From a virus: DNA of 64,000 nucleotides. The notes under the pieces are model-generated. The model did no database searches, was not told the DNA's origin, and saw only the letters and a program-made list of their open reading frames with translations. The stretch's first letter is position 1. Every line of letters starts with the position of its first letter. Positions 37,986 to 47,721 of the stretch are shown here, piece by piece. The stretch lies in IMG/VR virus record IMGVR_UViG_3300023174_000123, positions 1 to 64,000 of that record. One strand, written 5' to 3'. The translations under genes were made by a program, and so were the position numbers.

Positions 37986-38969
37986 ATGGCATCATTAGCA
38001 GAAATTCGCGCAAGACTAGCCGCCAGCGAATCCAAACAAGGCGGAAACTCCACAGGCGGTGACAACTCGATTTACCCACATTGGAACATGGAAGAAGGCC
38101 AAAGTGCCACACTCCGTTTCTTGCCTGATGGTAATTCAAAGAACACATTCTTTTGGCAAGAACGAGCCATGATCCGCTTGCCATTCAATGGCATCAAAGG
38201 CGAAGCAGATTCTAAACAAGTTTATGTCCAAGTGCCATGCATGGAGATGTGGCAAGAGACCTGCCCAGTGCTCACAGAAGTTCGCACCTGGTTCAAGGAC
38301 AAAGCACTAGAAGACATGGGTCGCAAGTATTGGAAAAAACGCAGTTATATTTTTCAAGGCTTTGTGCGTGAGAATCCCTTGGCCGATGACAAGAGCCCCG
38401 AGAATCCAATCCGTAGATTTATCATTGGTCCACAGATCTTCACCATCATCAAAGGCGCACTGATGGATCCAGAACTGGAAGAATTGCCAACAGACTTGTT
38501 GCGTGGCTTGGACTTCCGTATCACCAAGACCAGCAAAGGTGGTTTTGCAGACTACAACAGTAGTAAATGGGCACGCAAAGAAAGCGCACTCACAGAAGCC
38601 GAACAAGCCGCAGTAGACAAGTATGGCCTGTTTGATTTGAGCACATTCTTGCCCAAGAAGCCAAGCGAAGCCGAAGTCAAGGTCATCAAGGAAATGTTTG
38701 AAGCATCAGTGGATGGTCAGACCTATGATACCGAACGTTGGGGTCAATATTTCCGCCCAGCAGGCGTCAATGCTCCAGCTGGTGGATCTGGTGCCGCACA
38801 CGCCGACGAAGATGCTCCAGCACCTGCGGCCCGACCAGCTCCTGCGACATCAAGTAGTTTTGATGAAGACGATGCACCGGCAGTAGCAAGTGCACCAGTA
38901 GAAGCCAAACCTTCGACTCAAAAGGCCGAAGACATCTTGGCCATGATCCGGGCTAGACAAAAGCAGTAA
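37986..38969 (+). CDS. Single-stranded DNA-binding protein (T4 gp32-like)
   Basis: LRFLPD, C......CPV, YWKKRSY, G.DFRITK..KGG.ADY..SKW; acidic tail; precedes uvsX. Confidence 0.9.
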   Translation: MASLAEIRARLAASESKQGGNSTGGDNSIYPHWNMEEGQSATLRFLPDGNSKNTFFWQERAMIRLPFNGIKGEADSKQVYVQVPCMEMWQETCPVLTEVRTWFKDKALEDMGRKYWKKRSYIFQGFVRENPLADDKSPENPIRRFIIGPQIFTIIKGALMDPELEELPTDLLRGLDFRITKTSKGGFADYNSSKWARKESALTEAEQAAVDKYGLFDLSTFLPKKPSEAEVKVIKEMFEASVDGQTYDTERWGQYFRPAGVNAPAGGSGAAHADEDAPAPAARPAPATSSSFDEDDAPAVASAPVEAKPSTQKAEDILAMIRARQKQ

Positions 38970-38985
38970 TACATAGTATCATACA

Positions 38986-39009
38986 GCACAGGGGAGAGAT
39001 CCCTTGTGC
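38986..39009 (+). terminator. GNRA-capped hairpin between gp32 and uvsX (weak terminator or stability element)
   Basis: GCACAGGGGA-GAGA-TCCCTTGTGC; weak pyrimidine tail. Confidence 0.55.
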
Positions 39010-39032
39010 CTCTTCTTAACTATAGGTGAATT

Positions 39033-40091
39033 ATGGGTAAACCATTTGATGTAAGTAAATTTCGAAAAGAAATAACAAAAAGTATTGACGGCCTCAGTAT
39101 TGGCTTCAACGATCCCACTGACTGGATCAGCACAGGCAACTACGCACTCAACTACTTGATAAGCGGAGACTTCAACAAAGGCATTCCACTCGGTAAAGTG
39201 ACAGTATTTGCCGGCGAGTCTGGTGCTGGCAAGAGTTATATCTGTAGTGGTAATATTGCTAGGAACGCACAACAGCAAGGTATTTTTGTTGTGTTGATTG
39301 ACAGTGAAAACGCACTAGATGAGGATTGGCTCAAGGCCTTGGGTGTAGACACCAGTGAAAGCAAATTGCTGAAATTAAGCATGGCCATGATCGACGATGT
39401 GGCCAAAACCATCTCAACATTTATGAGTGACTACAAAGCACTACCCGACGGTGAGCGTCCTAAAGTCATGTTTATCATTGACAGCTTGGGCATGCTATTG
39501 ACACCCACTGATGTCAATCAATTTGATGCAGGTGAAATGAAAGGCGACCTGGGTCGCAAGCCTAAGGCATTGACAGCACTTGTGCGTAACTGTGTCAACA
39601 TGTTTGGTAGTTACAACGTAGGCCTGGTATGTACCAATCATACCTATGCGTCACAGGACATGTTTGATCCTGACGACAAAATTTCAGGCGGACAAGGCTT
39701 TATCTATGCGTCAAGTATCGTGGTCGCTATGAAGAAAATGAAACTCAAAGAGGACGAAGATGGCAACAAGATTTCAGAAGTCATGGGCATCCGTGCCGGT
39801 TGTAAAGTAATGAAAACACGCTATGCCAAACCCTTTGAAGGTGTGCAGGTCAAGATTCCGTATGAAACAGGCATGAATCCTTACAGTGGACTTGTGGACT
39901 TGGCTGAAAAGAAAGGCTTGCTAAAAAAGGATGGCAACAGACTCATGTTTGTGACATCGGATGGGGAGATAATCAAACAGTTCCGCAAGGCCTGGGAAAA
40001 CAACGAAGAAGGATGCTTGGACAAGGTCATGGCTGATTTTGCAAATCAGAAGGAAACGGTAAGTACTGAAGAAACAGCCACGGAGGAATAA
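39033..40091 (+). CDS. uvsX: RecA-like recombinase
   Basis: ISTGNYALN, GESGAGKS, IDSENA, IIDSLG, NHTY, SGGQG..YASS motifs. Confidence 0.93.
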   Translation: MGKPFDVSKFRKEITKSIDGLSIGFNDPTDWISTGNYALNYLISGDFNKGIPLGKVTVFAGESGAGKSYICSGNIARNAQQQGIFVVLIDSENALDEDWLKALGVDTSESKLLKLSMAMIDDVAKTISTFMSDYKALPDGERPKVMFIIDSLGMLLTPTDVNQFDAGEMKGDLGRKPKALTALVRNCVNMFGSYNVGLVCTNHTYASQDMFDPDDKISGGQGFIYASSIVVAMKKMKLKEDEDGNKISEVMGIRAGCKVMKTRYAKPFEGVQVKIPYETGMNPYSGLVDLAEKKGLLKKDGNRLMFVTSDGEIIKQFRKAWENNEEGCLDKVMADFANQKETVSTEETATEE

Positions 40092-40094
40092 AGG

Positions 40095-40343
40095 ATGTCA
40101 GTAGAATTAAGCCGAGAAATTTGGGACGAACTCAAACGTTATGTAAACCCTCAAGATCGTAACGAAGCTGCAGAAACCTTGATCAATGTCCTGATTGACA
40201 ATGATGTTGATGCCGACGAAATCCGAGAAACATTTAAAGGCGACAGCGAAGTAAAACGTGCCTTGACCAGTTATCTGAAAGATCATGAAGATGAAGAGGA
40301 TAACGAAGAAGAGGATTACGAGGACGAGGACGAGGATTATTGA
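40095..40343 (+). CDS. Small acidic hypothetical protein
   Basis: SD upstream; D/E-rich tail. Confidence 0.7.
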   Translation: MSVELSREIWDELKRYVNPQDRNEAAETLINVLIDNDVDADEIRETFKGDSEVKRALTSYLKDHEDEEDNEEEDYEDEDEDY

Positions 40344-40795
40344 TGTGGTATAGTCGTGTGGTCGCTGATCTGGGTGCTATTCCAGACTTTATAGCCTACT
40401 ACGAAAACGAGCTGGAAGATGCCAAACGTGATGTGCGTGTGGGCGGTCTAATTGAAAAAAACATCAAAGAATTGCCCGGTATCACCGAACACAGATTTAA
40501 TCAGCTCCAAGAAATTGAAGCCATACTTAATCACTTGAATATACAGTTGAGAAAGATTCGTAGAAAACACTTTCAAAAATATCTAGAAGGCTATCAACGT
40601 GCCTTGACTTCAAGAGATGCAGAGAAGTATGTGGATGGTGAGGACGAAGTCATCGACTTTGAAACCATTATCAACGAAGTGGCCTTGTTGCGCAATCGTT
40701 GGTTGGGTATCATGAAAGGCCTGGATTCAAAATCATGGATGAGCGGTCATATTGTGCGTCTACGCACAGCCGGCATGGAAGACATACAGGTATGA
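40343..40795 (+). CDS. uvsY: Recombination mediator (UvsY-like)
   Basis: Helical 150 aa; ALTSRDAEKYVDGE and IMKGLDSKSW resemble UvsY; near uvsX. Confidence 0.7.
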   Translation: MWYSRVVADLGAIPDFIAYYENELEDAKRDVRVGGLIEKNIKELPGITEHRFNQLQEIEAILNHLNIQLRKIRRKHFQKYLEGYQRALTSRDAEKYVDGEDEVIDFETIINEVALLRNRWLGIMKGLDSKSWMSGHIVRLRTAGMEDIQV

Positions 40796-41547
40796 CTTTT
40801 GCCTACCCTGGAGACAGTCATCAACACAGCCTGAAAACACTAAATGTTCTGTACGAGCATGATGACTTCATGGCCAGCATACGCAACGTGATTGATCTTG
40901 GATGCGGTACTGGAGAGGATCTGGTATGGTGGGCAACAAGAACTACTCGAGACGAAATTCCAGAACCTTTGAATATCCAATGCACCGGAGTAGACCTATC
41001 TGCAAAATCTGTATTGCTCAAAAATCATTCCAACATAATCTACGAACAAACTGATTTTGAACAGGAAATCAAACAGTGTCCAGACGGATTTGATGTCTTA
41101 TGGTGCCATGACAGTTTTCAATACGCAAAAAATCCTTTGCAGACTTTGAGTCGGTGGTGGCACCTAGCCAGCGACGGAGCCATGCTATGTATTAGTGTGC
41201 CTATCACTCAAAGAATGCATCGCCGTCAGTTCGACTACTATTTGTCTAGCGGTTGTTATTATCACTATAGCCTGGTCAGTTTGATTTATTTGTTGGCCAC
41301 CACCGGTTGGGATTGTAGATCGGGATTTTTTAAACAAATACCACAAGATCCATGGTTACACGCAGTGGTATACAAAAGCTCACACGAACCCTTAGATCCT
41401 GCAACTGCCACTTGGTACCGTTTGTCCGAACTCAAATTGGTTCCAGAATCTGCAGATGCCAGCATACATGCTCATGGTTATCTCAATCAGCAAGATTTGG
41501 TTTTACCGTGGATAGATCACAGCTTGATGAGCATGGCTATAAGATAA
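40792..41547 (+). CDS. Class I SAM-dependent methyltransferase
   Basis: VIDLGCGTG, GVDL, FDVLWCHDSFQY; start ATG 40792 (ATGA overlap). Confidence 0.85.
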   Translation: MTFAYPGDSHQHSLKTLNVLYEHDDFMASIRNVIDLGCGTGEDLVWWATRTTRDEIPEPLNIQCTGVDLSAKSVLLKNHSNIIYEQTDFEQEIKQCPDGFDVLWCHDSFQYAKNPLQTLSRWWHLASDGAMLCISVPITQRMHRRQFDYYLSSGCYYHYSLVSLIYLLATTGWDCRSGFFKQIPQDPWLHAVVYKSSHEPLDPATATWYRLSELKLVPESADASIHAHGYLNQQDLVLPWIDHSLMSMAIR

Positions 41548-41566
41548 ATTCTGGCCATAAACAGCA

Positions 41567-41574
41567 TATAAATA
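41567..41574 (+). promoter_or_regulatory. Perfect T4 late promoter TATAAATA, leaderless
   Basis: ATG 41580 lies 5 nt downstream. Confidence 0.85.
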
Positions 41575-41579
41575 TCCAC

Positions 41580-42338
41580 ATGACGACTATAGTAGTAGTA
41601 AGCGGTGGATTTGATCCTGTGCATTCTGGGCACATCCGACTGATCAAAGCAGCCAGGATGTTGGGTGATCAGCTGATAGTGGGTATCAACAGCGATGAGT
41701 GGTTGGCCCGTAAAAAAGGTCGTGCATTTATGCCTTGGCAAGAACGACTGACAGTGCTGAACAATCTTAAGCCTGTGGACGAAGTTTACACCTTTGATGA
41801 CGAGGACGGCACAGCCTGCCACTTGTTGCAACAGGTCCGAGCACACTATCCAGAAGCACGTATTGTATTTGCCAATGGCGGCGACCGCACCAAGGACAAC
41901 ATTCCAGAAATGACAGTGCCAGGTGTAGAGTTTGTGTTTGGAGTAGGAGGCGAGGACAAAGCCAATTCTAGCTCGTGGATATTGCAAGAGTGGAAAGCAC
42001 CCAGGACCGAACGTGCCTGGGGATACTATCGTGTGTTGCACGAAGATGGTTCGCAAGTCAAGGTCAAAGAACTCACAGTTTTGCCTGGACAAAGTCTCAG
42101 CATGCAACGTCACAGTCAACGTGCTGAACATTGGTTTGTAGCTCAAGGTACGGCTACAGTTTATACTATTAACCGGAAAAGTGATGCTGAATTGTTAGGA
42201 GAATTTAATCGGCATCAGCACATACATATTGATTCTAATGAATGGCATCAGTTGTGTAACGAAACAGATAAACCCTTGCGTGTGGTAGAAATACAATACG
42301 GTGAAAATTGTGTGGAAGAGGACATAGTAAGACTGTGA
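41580..42338 (+). CDS. Cytidylyltransferase fused to mannose-6-phosphate-isomerase-like cupin
   Basis: SGGFDPVHSGH, FANGGDR, KANSSS; then RAWG.Y, LSMQRH..RAEHW, VVEIQYG...EEDIVR. Confidence 0.9.
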   Translation: MTTIVVVSGGFDPVHSGHIRLIKAARMLGDQLIVGINSDEWLARKKGRAFMPWQERLTVLNNLKPVDEVYTFDDEDGTACHLLQQVRAHYPEARIVFANGGDRTKDNIPEMTVPGVEFVFGVGGEDKANSSSWILQEWKAPRTERAWGYYRVLHEDGSQVKVKELTVLPGQSLSMQRHSQRAEHWFVAQGTATVYTINRKSDAELLGEFNRHQHIHIDSNEWHQLCNETDKPLRVVEIQYGENCVEEDIVRL

Positions 42339-43018
42339 CTCCTTTACCAATCTTTGTGGGCTACGATCCTAGAGAAGCTATAGCCTATCATGTCTGTGTT
42401 AACAGTATAATTCGGCATGCCAGCCAGCCGGTGGCTATCATGCCTGTGGCATTGAACTTGTTCCAGGACTATGAAGAAACACACGGTGACAACAGCAACC
42501 ATTTTGTTTATACCCGATTCCTAGTGCCACATCTCATGAGTTATAGCGATTGGGCTATATTCATTGACGGCGACATGGTGCTACGTGATGACATTGTCAA
42601 ACTTTGGAGTTTGAGAGAGTATGACAAAGATGTCATGGTAGTCAAACACGACTATAAAACACGCATGACAGAAAAATACATGGGGGCCAAAAACGAAGAC
42701 TATCCCAGAAAGAATTGGTCAAGTGTAATACTATGGAATTGTAGTAGCTGGCCCAATCGTAGGTTAACTCCAGAATTTGTGCAAAATCAACCCGGCAGTT
42801 ACCTTCATAGATTTGCCTGGTTAGAAGATGCCCGCATCGGCGAATTACCCCGAGAATGGAACTGGTTGCCAGATGAGTATGGTGCTAATCCCGAGGCCAA
42901 GTTGTTGCACTATACCTTGGGCACTCCGTGTTTTCATGAGTTTGCAAACACGCCACAAGCCGAAGAATGGCACCAGGAAAGAATCTTTACTGAACATTGC
43001 CAACAACGTGAGATTTAG
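42335..43018 (+). CDS. GT-A glycosyltransferase (GT8/CDI-like)
   Basis: IFVGYDPRE, F.YTRFLVP, FIDGDM (DxD), YPRKNWSS, LHYTLGTP. Confidence 0.85.
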   Translation: MTPLPIFVGYDPREAIAYHVCVNSIIRHASQPVAIMPVALNLFQDYEETHGDNSNHFVYTRFLVPHLMSYSDWAIFIDGDMVLRDDIVKLWSLREYDKDVMVVKHDYKTRMTEKYMGAKNEDYPRKNWSSVILWNCSSWPNRRLTPEFVQNQPGSYLHRFAWLEDARIGELPREWNWLPDEYGANPEAKLLHYTLGTPCFHEFANTPQAEEWHQERIFTEHCQQREI

Positions 43019-43021
43019 TAT

Positions 43022-43957
43022 ATGACCTTGAGAATTGCAGTATATCATCTCAGCGTGCCTCGAAAACCTAATTATGAAAAAACACACATGTTGCAGTTTT
43101 TTTCACAAGGTGTAAAACAGGTTGGAGATCAGGCCATTGATGTGCGAGATTATTCTGTCGTTGACAGTGATGTAGCTGTGATACAAGGTTGGATCAGTGA
43201 TCAAATTGAGAGCCCACATCTCAAACTTAGACAAGAGGTGATAGCGCAACAACTACAGCAAAGACGTTATGTAATCACTGCCGACAGCAACTTGTTCTTG
43301 TATTCAAACACTGAAAATCCCTTGCACTATTTGCGATACAGTGCCAATGGAGTATTTCCTAATACCGGTATATATTTTGACAACAAAGTTGACCCGGCTA
43401 GATGGATCCAGATACAGAAAGACCTTAACATCCAGTTAAAAGACTACAGGATCGATGGCAGGCATATTTTGATTTGTTTGCAACGCAACGGTGGATGGAG
43501 CATGGGCACGACCACGGTTTCTTGTTGGACAGAGAATGTGTTGGACACTCTTCGTCGACATACCAAAAGACCTATAGTGATCCGAGCACATCCGGGAGAT
43601 CGCCAAGCTAAACATTATCTTAGATCATTGGCCGCTTTGTCCGGCCATTACAATTTTGTTATTTCTGAAAACAAGACACTGTTAGAAGATTTACAGGACT
43701 GCTGGGCGGTAGTGAATCACAACAGCAGTCCGGCAGTGGCTGCGGCCATAGAAGGATATCCGGTATTTGTTACAGATCCAGAACGCAGCCAGTGCAAGGA
43801 AATTGCCAATGTTTGTCTGGCCAACATTGAACGACCATGGTTGCCAGATCGTTTGACCTGGGCGCAAAGATTGGCAATGAGTCATTGGAAGTTTGAGGAG
43901 CTCAAGTCTGGTGCGGCATGGCAACACTTGCGTTGGTTTGTTCGCGATAATCCTTAA
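43022..43957 (+). CDS. Capsule-synthesis (KpsS/KpsC-like) GT-B protein
   Basis: IVIRAHP and VVNHNSSPAVAAAIEGYPVF motifs. Confidence 0.65.
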   Translation: MTLRIAVYHLSVPRKPNYEKTHMLQFFSQGVKQVGDQAIDVRDYSVVDSDVAVIQGWISDQIESPHLKLRQEVIAQQLQQRRYVITADSNLFLYSNTENPLHYLRYSANGVFPNTGIYFDNKVDPARWIQIQKDLNIQLKDYRIDGRHILICLQRNGGWSMGTTTVSCWTENVLDTLRRHTKRPIVIRAHPGDRQAKHYLRSLAALSGHYNFVISENKTLLEDLQDCWAVVNHNSSPAVAAAIEGYPVFVTDPERSQCKEIANVCLANIERPWLPDRLTWAQRLAMSHWKFEELKSGAAWQHLRWFVRDNP

Positions 43958-44621
43958 GACGTTGAGCCCACTGAGATCTTAACAGTTGCATGCTTTCGTG
44001 ATTGAAGGCTTTTTTGTTGTATCTGCGATCTAGATAGGTCTGATCTAGATTGTTGCCAGTTACATCATAGCGATCATGTAACACTGTCACTGGAATCTCT
44101 AACACGGCACCGGCTTCGTGGCAGATGTTCTGTATCCAAGTGTCGGTAATTTGTGTGTGACTGATTTCACCAAATAAGTCATTCCAAACTCTGGGAATAA
44201 TAGGAAATAATGTAAGATTAGGTTTAAAATTTTGTGTGGTCATGTGCAACATGCCAACAAAATTGTTTTGTTTTTTGATATGTTGATCCCAACCTTGAGT
44301 CAGCATAACAGCATCATCATTCCAGATCACAAACCACTGGCCCTGAGCTTGTTGGGCCATGATATTGTAGTAGCGATTTAATTCCCAGTAACCCCAGGCC
44401 GGGCATGGCAATGCTCTACAAGAACCACCCCAGGCCGAGCAATCAGTACTCCATTTTGAGCTGGAAAAATATTCTATACTGGGCAAATCTGTGTCGTCGT
44501 GGGCCACAATTACTTCTATGTTTCCAGGATCATCACTCAAGTCAAACAGGCTGGCCATACTTCGTCGCAATAAATCTACGCGATTTTTTGTTGGTATAAG
44601 AACGCTGACTAAAATTGACAT
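43902..44621 (-). CDS. GT2-family glycosyltransferase
   Basis: VSVLIPTKNR, IEVIVAHDD, WFVIWNDD; start ATG 44621. Confidence 0.85.
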   Translation of the reverse strand: MSILVSVLIPTKNRVDLLRRSMASLFDLSDDPGNIEVIVAHDDTDLPSIEYFSSSKWSTDCSAWGGSCRALPCPAWGYWELNRYYNIMAQQAQGQWFVIWNDDAVMLTQGWDQHIKKQNNFVGMLHMTTQNFKPNLTLFPIIPRVWNDLFGEISHTQITDTWIQNICHEAGAVLEIPVTVLHDRYDVTGNNLDQTYLDRRYNKKAFNHESMQLLRSQWAQRLKDYREQTNASVAMPHQT

Positions 44622-44628
44622 GTTATTA

Positions 44629-44657
44629 TATTTAATCAAAAACTACGCATATAAATA
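44629..44657. promoter_or_regulatory. Back-to-back late promoters
   Basis: TTAAATA on - (44629-44635, 7 nt to ATG) and TATAAATA on + (44650-44657, 5 nt to ATG). Confidence 0.8.
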
Positions 44658-44662
44658 TTCCC

Positions 44663-45361
44663 ATGCGAGCATATGTGATCGGTCTTGGTCGGATTCCAAG
44701 TTCTTTTGAAAGTGCTGTCCAGGTATATAATACTTTAAGGTCATATGGACTTGACGTGGCCTTTCATGAAGGAACATACGGTGACGAAGTTGAAGAAATT
44801 TTTGCCCAAGAACAACGAATTTTATATCACACCAGCTTCAAAGGTAATCCGGTAGACGAGCAATACCGTCAGAGCAGCATGCGTTTTGGAGTCATGGCCT
44901 GTTTTCACAGTCATTATCGACTATGGCAACGATGTGTAGAGTTAAATGAACCAATACTGATTTTTGAAGATGATGTGATTTTTGAACGGGAGTGGATGCC
45001 AGTGGAATGGCAAGATGTGTTGTTGGTTGCCACTGGCAAAAGTGTTTATCGAGACGATTGGTATGCACAAAAATTATACCAACCCGAAGGTATTGCTCAA
45101 GCAGTGCCACTAAATCGCAAGGTCATGCCCGGAGCAGTAGGTTATGGATTGACCCCACAGGGCGCTGGTAAACTAACTGAATTTTATAAAACGTGTTTCT
45201 TGCCCGCTGACAATGCTATGAATGCCCAGGTAGTGCAACTAGAATGTCACACCTACCTCATGGGGCGTGCAGCACTCGAAGAAGACGGTAAAAAAAGTCT
45301 TACCAAAACTCGTATGTGGAGCAAACTCAAAAACGCCAATACGCCTCGGGACGAGCAATAA
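44663..45361 (+). CDS. GT25-family glycosyltransferase
   Basis: AYVIGL, GVMACFHSHYRLWQRC, ILIFEDD, GY.LTP.GA.KL, PAD. Confidence 0.88.
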   Translation: MRAYVIGLGRIPSSFESAVQVYNTLRSYGLDVAFHEGTYGDEVEEIFAQEQRILYHTSFKGNPVDEQYRQSSMRFGVMACFHSHYRLWQRCVELNEPILIFEDDVIFEREWMPVEWQDVLLVATGKSVYRDDWYAQKLYQPEGIAQAVPLNRKVMPGAVGYGLTPQGAGKLTEFYKTCFLPADNAMNAQVVQLECHTYLMGRAALEEDGKKSLTKTRMWSKLKNANTPRDEQ

Positions 45362-46130
45362 CAAGATCTTGTGGGCGGCTGCGTCCTTGTTGTTTTCTTG
45401 AGCCTTTCAAATGATCCATAAATCTACCAAGTTCTGAGTTTATAAAAGGATGTCCAGCTCGCCCAGGTCCTGGCATAGTTGAAGTCAAATTATAAAATTT
45501 ATGCAGTGCTTGATATTGACGTCGTACCACGTCCCACACATAACTGTCATGCCATTCGGGTAGATTAAAAATAAGATCTTGATCATACATGGCACGCAGA
45601 TCCTGTATAAAATTTCTGGTAGCAGGATGATCAAGATTATATGCCACCCATCCACATTCGCTATGATACTTTTCTCCGCGACCCAGATAGCCAATCATGG
45701 CATCTGGCGCACACAACCGGTCCAGATCCACAACATGTATTGGACTATGAGTCACTGTGTCTGCATCCAACCATATCAGCCAACCCTCACTGGTATAATT
45801 GGCCACCAAACTTATGGCATAAATCTTGTAGGCAAACCGCACTGCGTTCCAACGGAAACTTTTTTTAGGATCAAACACTTCTGGCGGTCCTGCCAGTCCA
45901 TGAGCTAGAGGATTATTCTTGTGTCGTTCAACAAAAGAGTTCAGGGCAAAACTCAAGTTCAATAAGTCGTAAACTTGCGTGTTGGATCTTAAAGTTTGTG
46001 GAGTGCAATTTTCTGCGCACACAACTAGGTCAACTTCTGCTGGCCAATGTTGTTCAAATGCGTTGATCATGCGTTGACCATATTGTTTAAGACCGTCGGC
46101 ATTGAAAGTGGTAACTACAGTATATTTCAC
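45327..46130 (-). CDS. GT-A glycosyltransferase-like protein
   Basis: AVRFAYKIYA, WLIWLDAD (DxD), SECGW, EWHDS, DHLKG.RK. Confidence 0.75.
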   Translation of the reverse strand: MKYTVVTTFNADGLKQYGQRMINAFEQHWPAEVDLVVCAENCTPQTLRSNTQVYDLLNLSFALNSFVERHKNNPLAHGLAGPPEVFDPKKSFRWNAVRFAYKIYAISLVANYTSEGWLIWLDADTVTHSPIHVVDLDRLCAPDAMIGYLGRGEKYHSECGWVAYNLDHPATRNFIQDLRAMYDQDLIFNLPEWHDSYVWDVVRRQYQALHKFYNLTSTMPGPGRAGHPFINSELGRFMDHLKGSRKQQGRSRPQDLVIARPEAYWRF

Positions 46131-46135
46131 CTGGA

Positions 46136-46142
46136 TATTTAG
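46136..46142 (-). promoter_or_regulatory. Late promoter (CTAAATA), leaderless
   Basis: 5 nt from the GTG start at 46130. Confidence 0.7.
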
Positions 46143-46990
46143 TGATCAAAACAGTTGCCTATTTTCCTTCTCAGTTGGCCCAAAACAGTGGACCGGTCTT
46201 GTCAGCCATGTTGTCGGCCCTACAACAACATGGCATACGTATCTGTGAAAACAGCTATGATGCCGACGCGGCCATAATATGGAGTGTGCTATGGTCGGGC
46301 CGCATGGCCGCCAATCAAGAAGTCTGGGTGCGTTACCGAGATTCCAAGCGACCTGTGATAGTAGCCGATGTAGGTTCCCTATATCGTGGAGAAACCTGGA
46401 AGATAGCACTTAACTCGATCACAGCCAATGGTTGTTATGGACACACAGAAAATCTAGATTGGGATCGTCCTAAAAAACTGGGCATCAGCCAGGCTATCAA
46501 TGTCTCTAGAAATCCTAGGATCGTTATAGCCGCACAACATGCCCGTAGTCTACAAGTAGCAGGCCTGGTCAGCATGGAAGGCTGGGTTGTTCAACAAGTG
46601 GAACGACTACGCACAGTCACGGACCGTCCTATCGTGGTTAGGCCACATCCTAGAAGTCCTTTGGATTGGGCTGGACTGGTTCATTTGCCCCCGGATGTTG
46701 TCATAGAAAAACCTGTTAAGGTAGCCAATACCTATGACAGCTACAACCTGGCCTTTGATTGCCATGCATTGGTCAATCATAATTCGGGTCCAGGCATACA
46801 AGCAGCCTTGGCCGGTACCAGGCCCATTGTGGACTCCTCTAGCTTGGCTTATCCAGTCAGCATACAATTAGCGGATATCGAACAGCCATATACAGTGGAT
46901 AGAGACCAGTGGTTGGTAGAAATATGTCATACCGAATACACAGTGAAAGAAATCAAGCAAGGCTTATGGATACATCGCCTGGGACTATAG
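46142..46990 (+). CDS. Second capsule-synthesis-like GT-B protein
   Basis: RPIVVRPHP and LVNHNSGPGIQAALAG; paralogous to 43022..43957. Confidence 0.65.
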   Translation: MIKTVAYFPSQLAQNSGPVLSAMLSALQQHGIRICENSYDADAAIIWSVLWSGRMAANQEVWVRYRDSKRPVIVADVGSLYRGETWKIALNSITANGCYGHTENLDWDRPKKLGISQAINVSRNPRIVIAAQHARSLQVAGLVSMEGWVVQQVERLRTVTDRPIVVRPHPRSPLDWAGLVHLPPDVVIEKPVKVANTYDSYNLAFDCHALVNHNSGPGIQAALAGTRPIVDSSSLAYPVSIQLADIEQPYTVDRDQWLVEICHTEYTVKEIKQGLWIHRLGL

Positions 46991-47688
46991 ACTGCGCCTG
47001 TGTGATTCACGGCGATGCATATTCTTGGCAATATGTAGACCGTCTTTACAACATGTTGAAACGCAACATTTCTGCCGACATAACACTGCATGTTTACACC
47101 GAGTTTGACAGACCAGTGCCTGCTACATTTGTCAAACATGTTTTACACCCATGGAATATCCACGGCCCTCGTCAAGGCTGGTGGTATAAAATGCAGTTGT
47201 TTGACACGCAACATCATGCTGGGCCTTTGCTTTATTTTGATTTAGATACAGTTATTGTTTCTAACATAGATTGGATTTGGCAAAGTCCACTCAAATATTT
47301 TTGGGCAGTTAGAGATTTCAAATACCTTTGGGAACCCACTGATTTTGAAATTAATAGCAGTGTAATGTGGTGGGACACACGGCAATTTGATCATGTATGG
47401 CAAGCATTCCAACGCCAAGAGCTTAGAAAAATCATAAGCCAATATCGCGGCGATCAAGATTATTTGAGCATGGCCATCGGTCCCGATCATCGCAGATTGT
47501 TTGATCCAGATCGAATCAAAAGCTGGCGTTGGCAATGCTTGGACGGAGGATATACGTTTGAAAAGAGATCCTACAAACATCCTGGATTGGGCACTAGAAT
47601 AGACTCTAAAACCAGCGTATTGATATTTCACGGCAATCCCAAACCCGCAGATGTACCCGATCCAGTGGTTTTACAACATTGGCAATAA
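46966..47688 (+). CDS. GT-A glycosyltransferase-like protein
   Basis: YVDRLYNM, GWWYKMQLF, LYFDLD (DxD), NSSVM, GDQDY, IFHGNPKP. Confidence 0.8.
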   Translation: MDTSPGTIDCACVIHGDAYSWQYVDRLYNMLKRNISADITLHVYTEFDRPVPATFVKHVLHPWNIHGPRQGWWYKMQLFDTQHHAGPLLYFDLDTVIVSNIDWIWQSPLKYFWAVRDFKYLWEPTDFEINSSVMWWDTRQFDHVWQAFQRQELRKIISQYRGDQDYLSMAIGPDHRRLFDPDRIKSWRWQCLDGGYTFEKRSYKHPGLGTRIDSKTSVLIFHGNPKPADVPDPVVLQHWQ

Positions 47689-47694
47689 TATTCA

Positions 47695-47701
47695 ATAAAT
47701 A
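47695..47701 (+). promoter_or_regulatory. Late promoter (ATAAATA)
   Basis: Intergenic; AGGAG SD follows. Confidence 0.7.
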
Positions 47702-47721
47702 TCCTGGACAGGAGATTGAAT

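Noticed and set aside
40699-41579. Upstream starts given by the ORF track (40699, 41352; also 2126, 8614, 11809, 46909, 55259, 60862)
   Set aside because: They extend into upstream genes or across promoters; downstream starts fit the overlaps and domain boundaries better.
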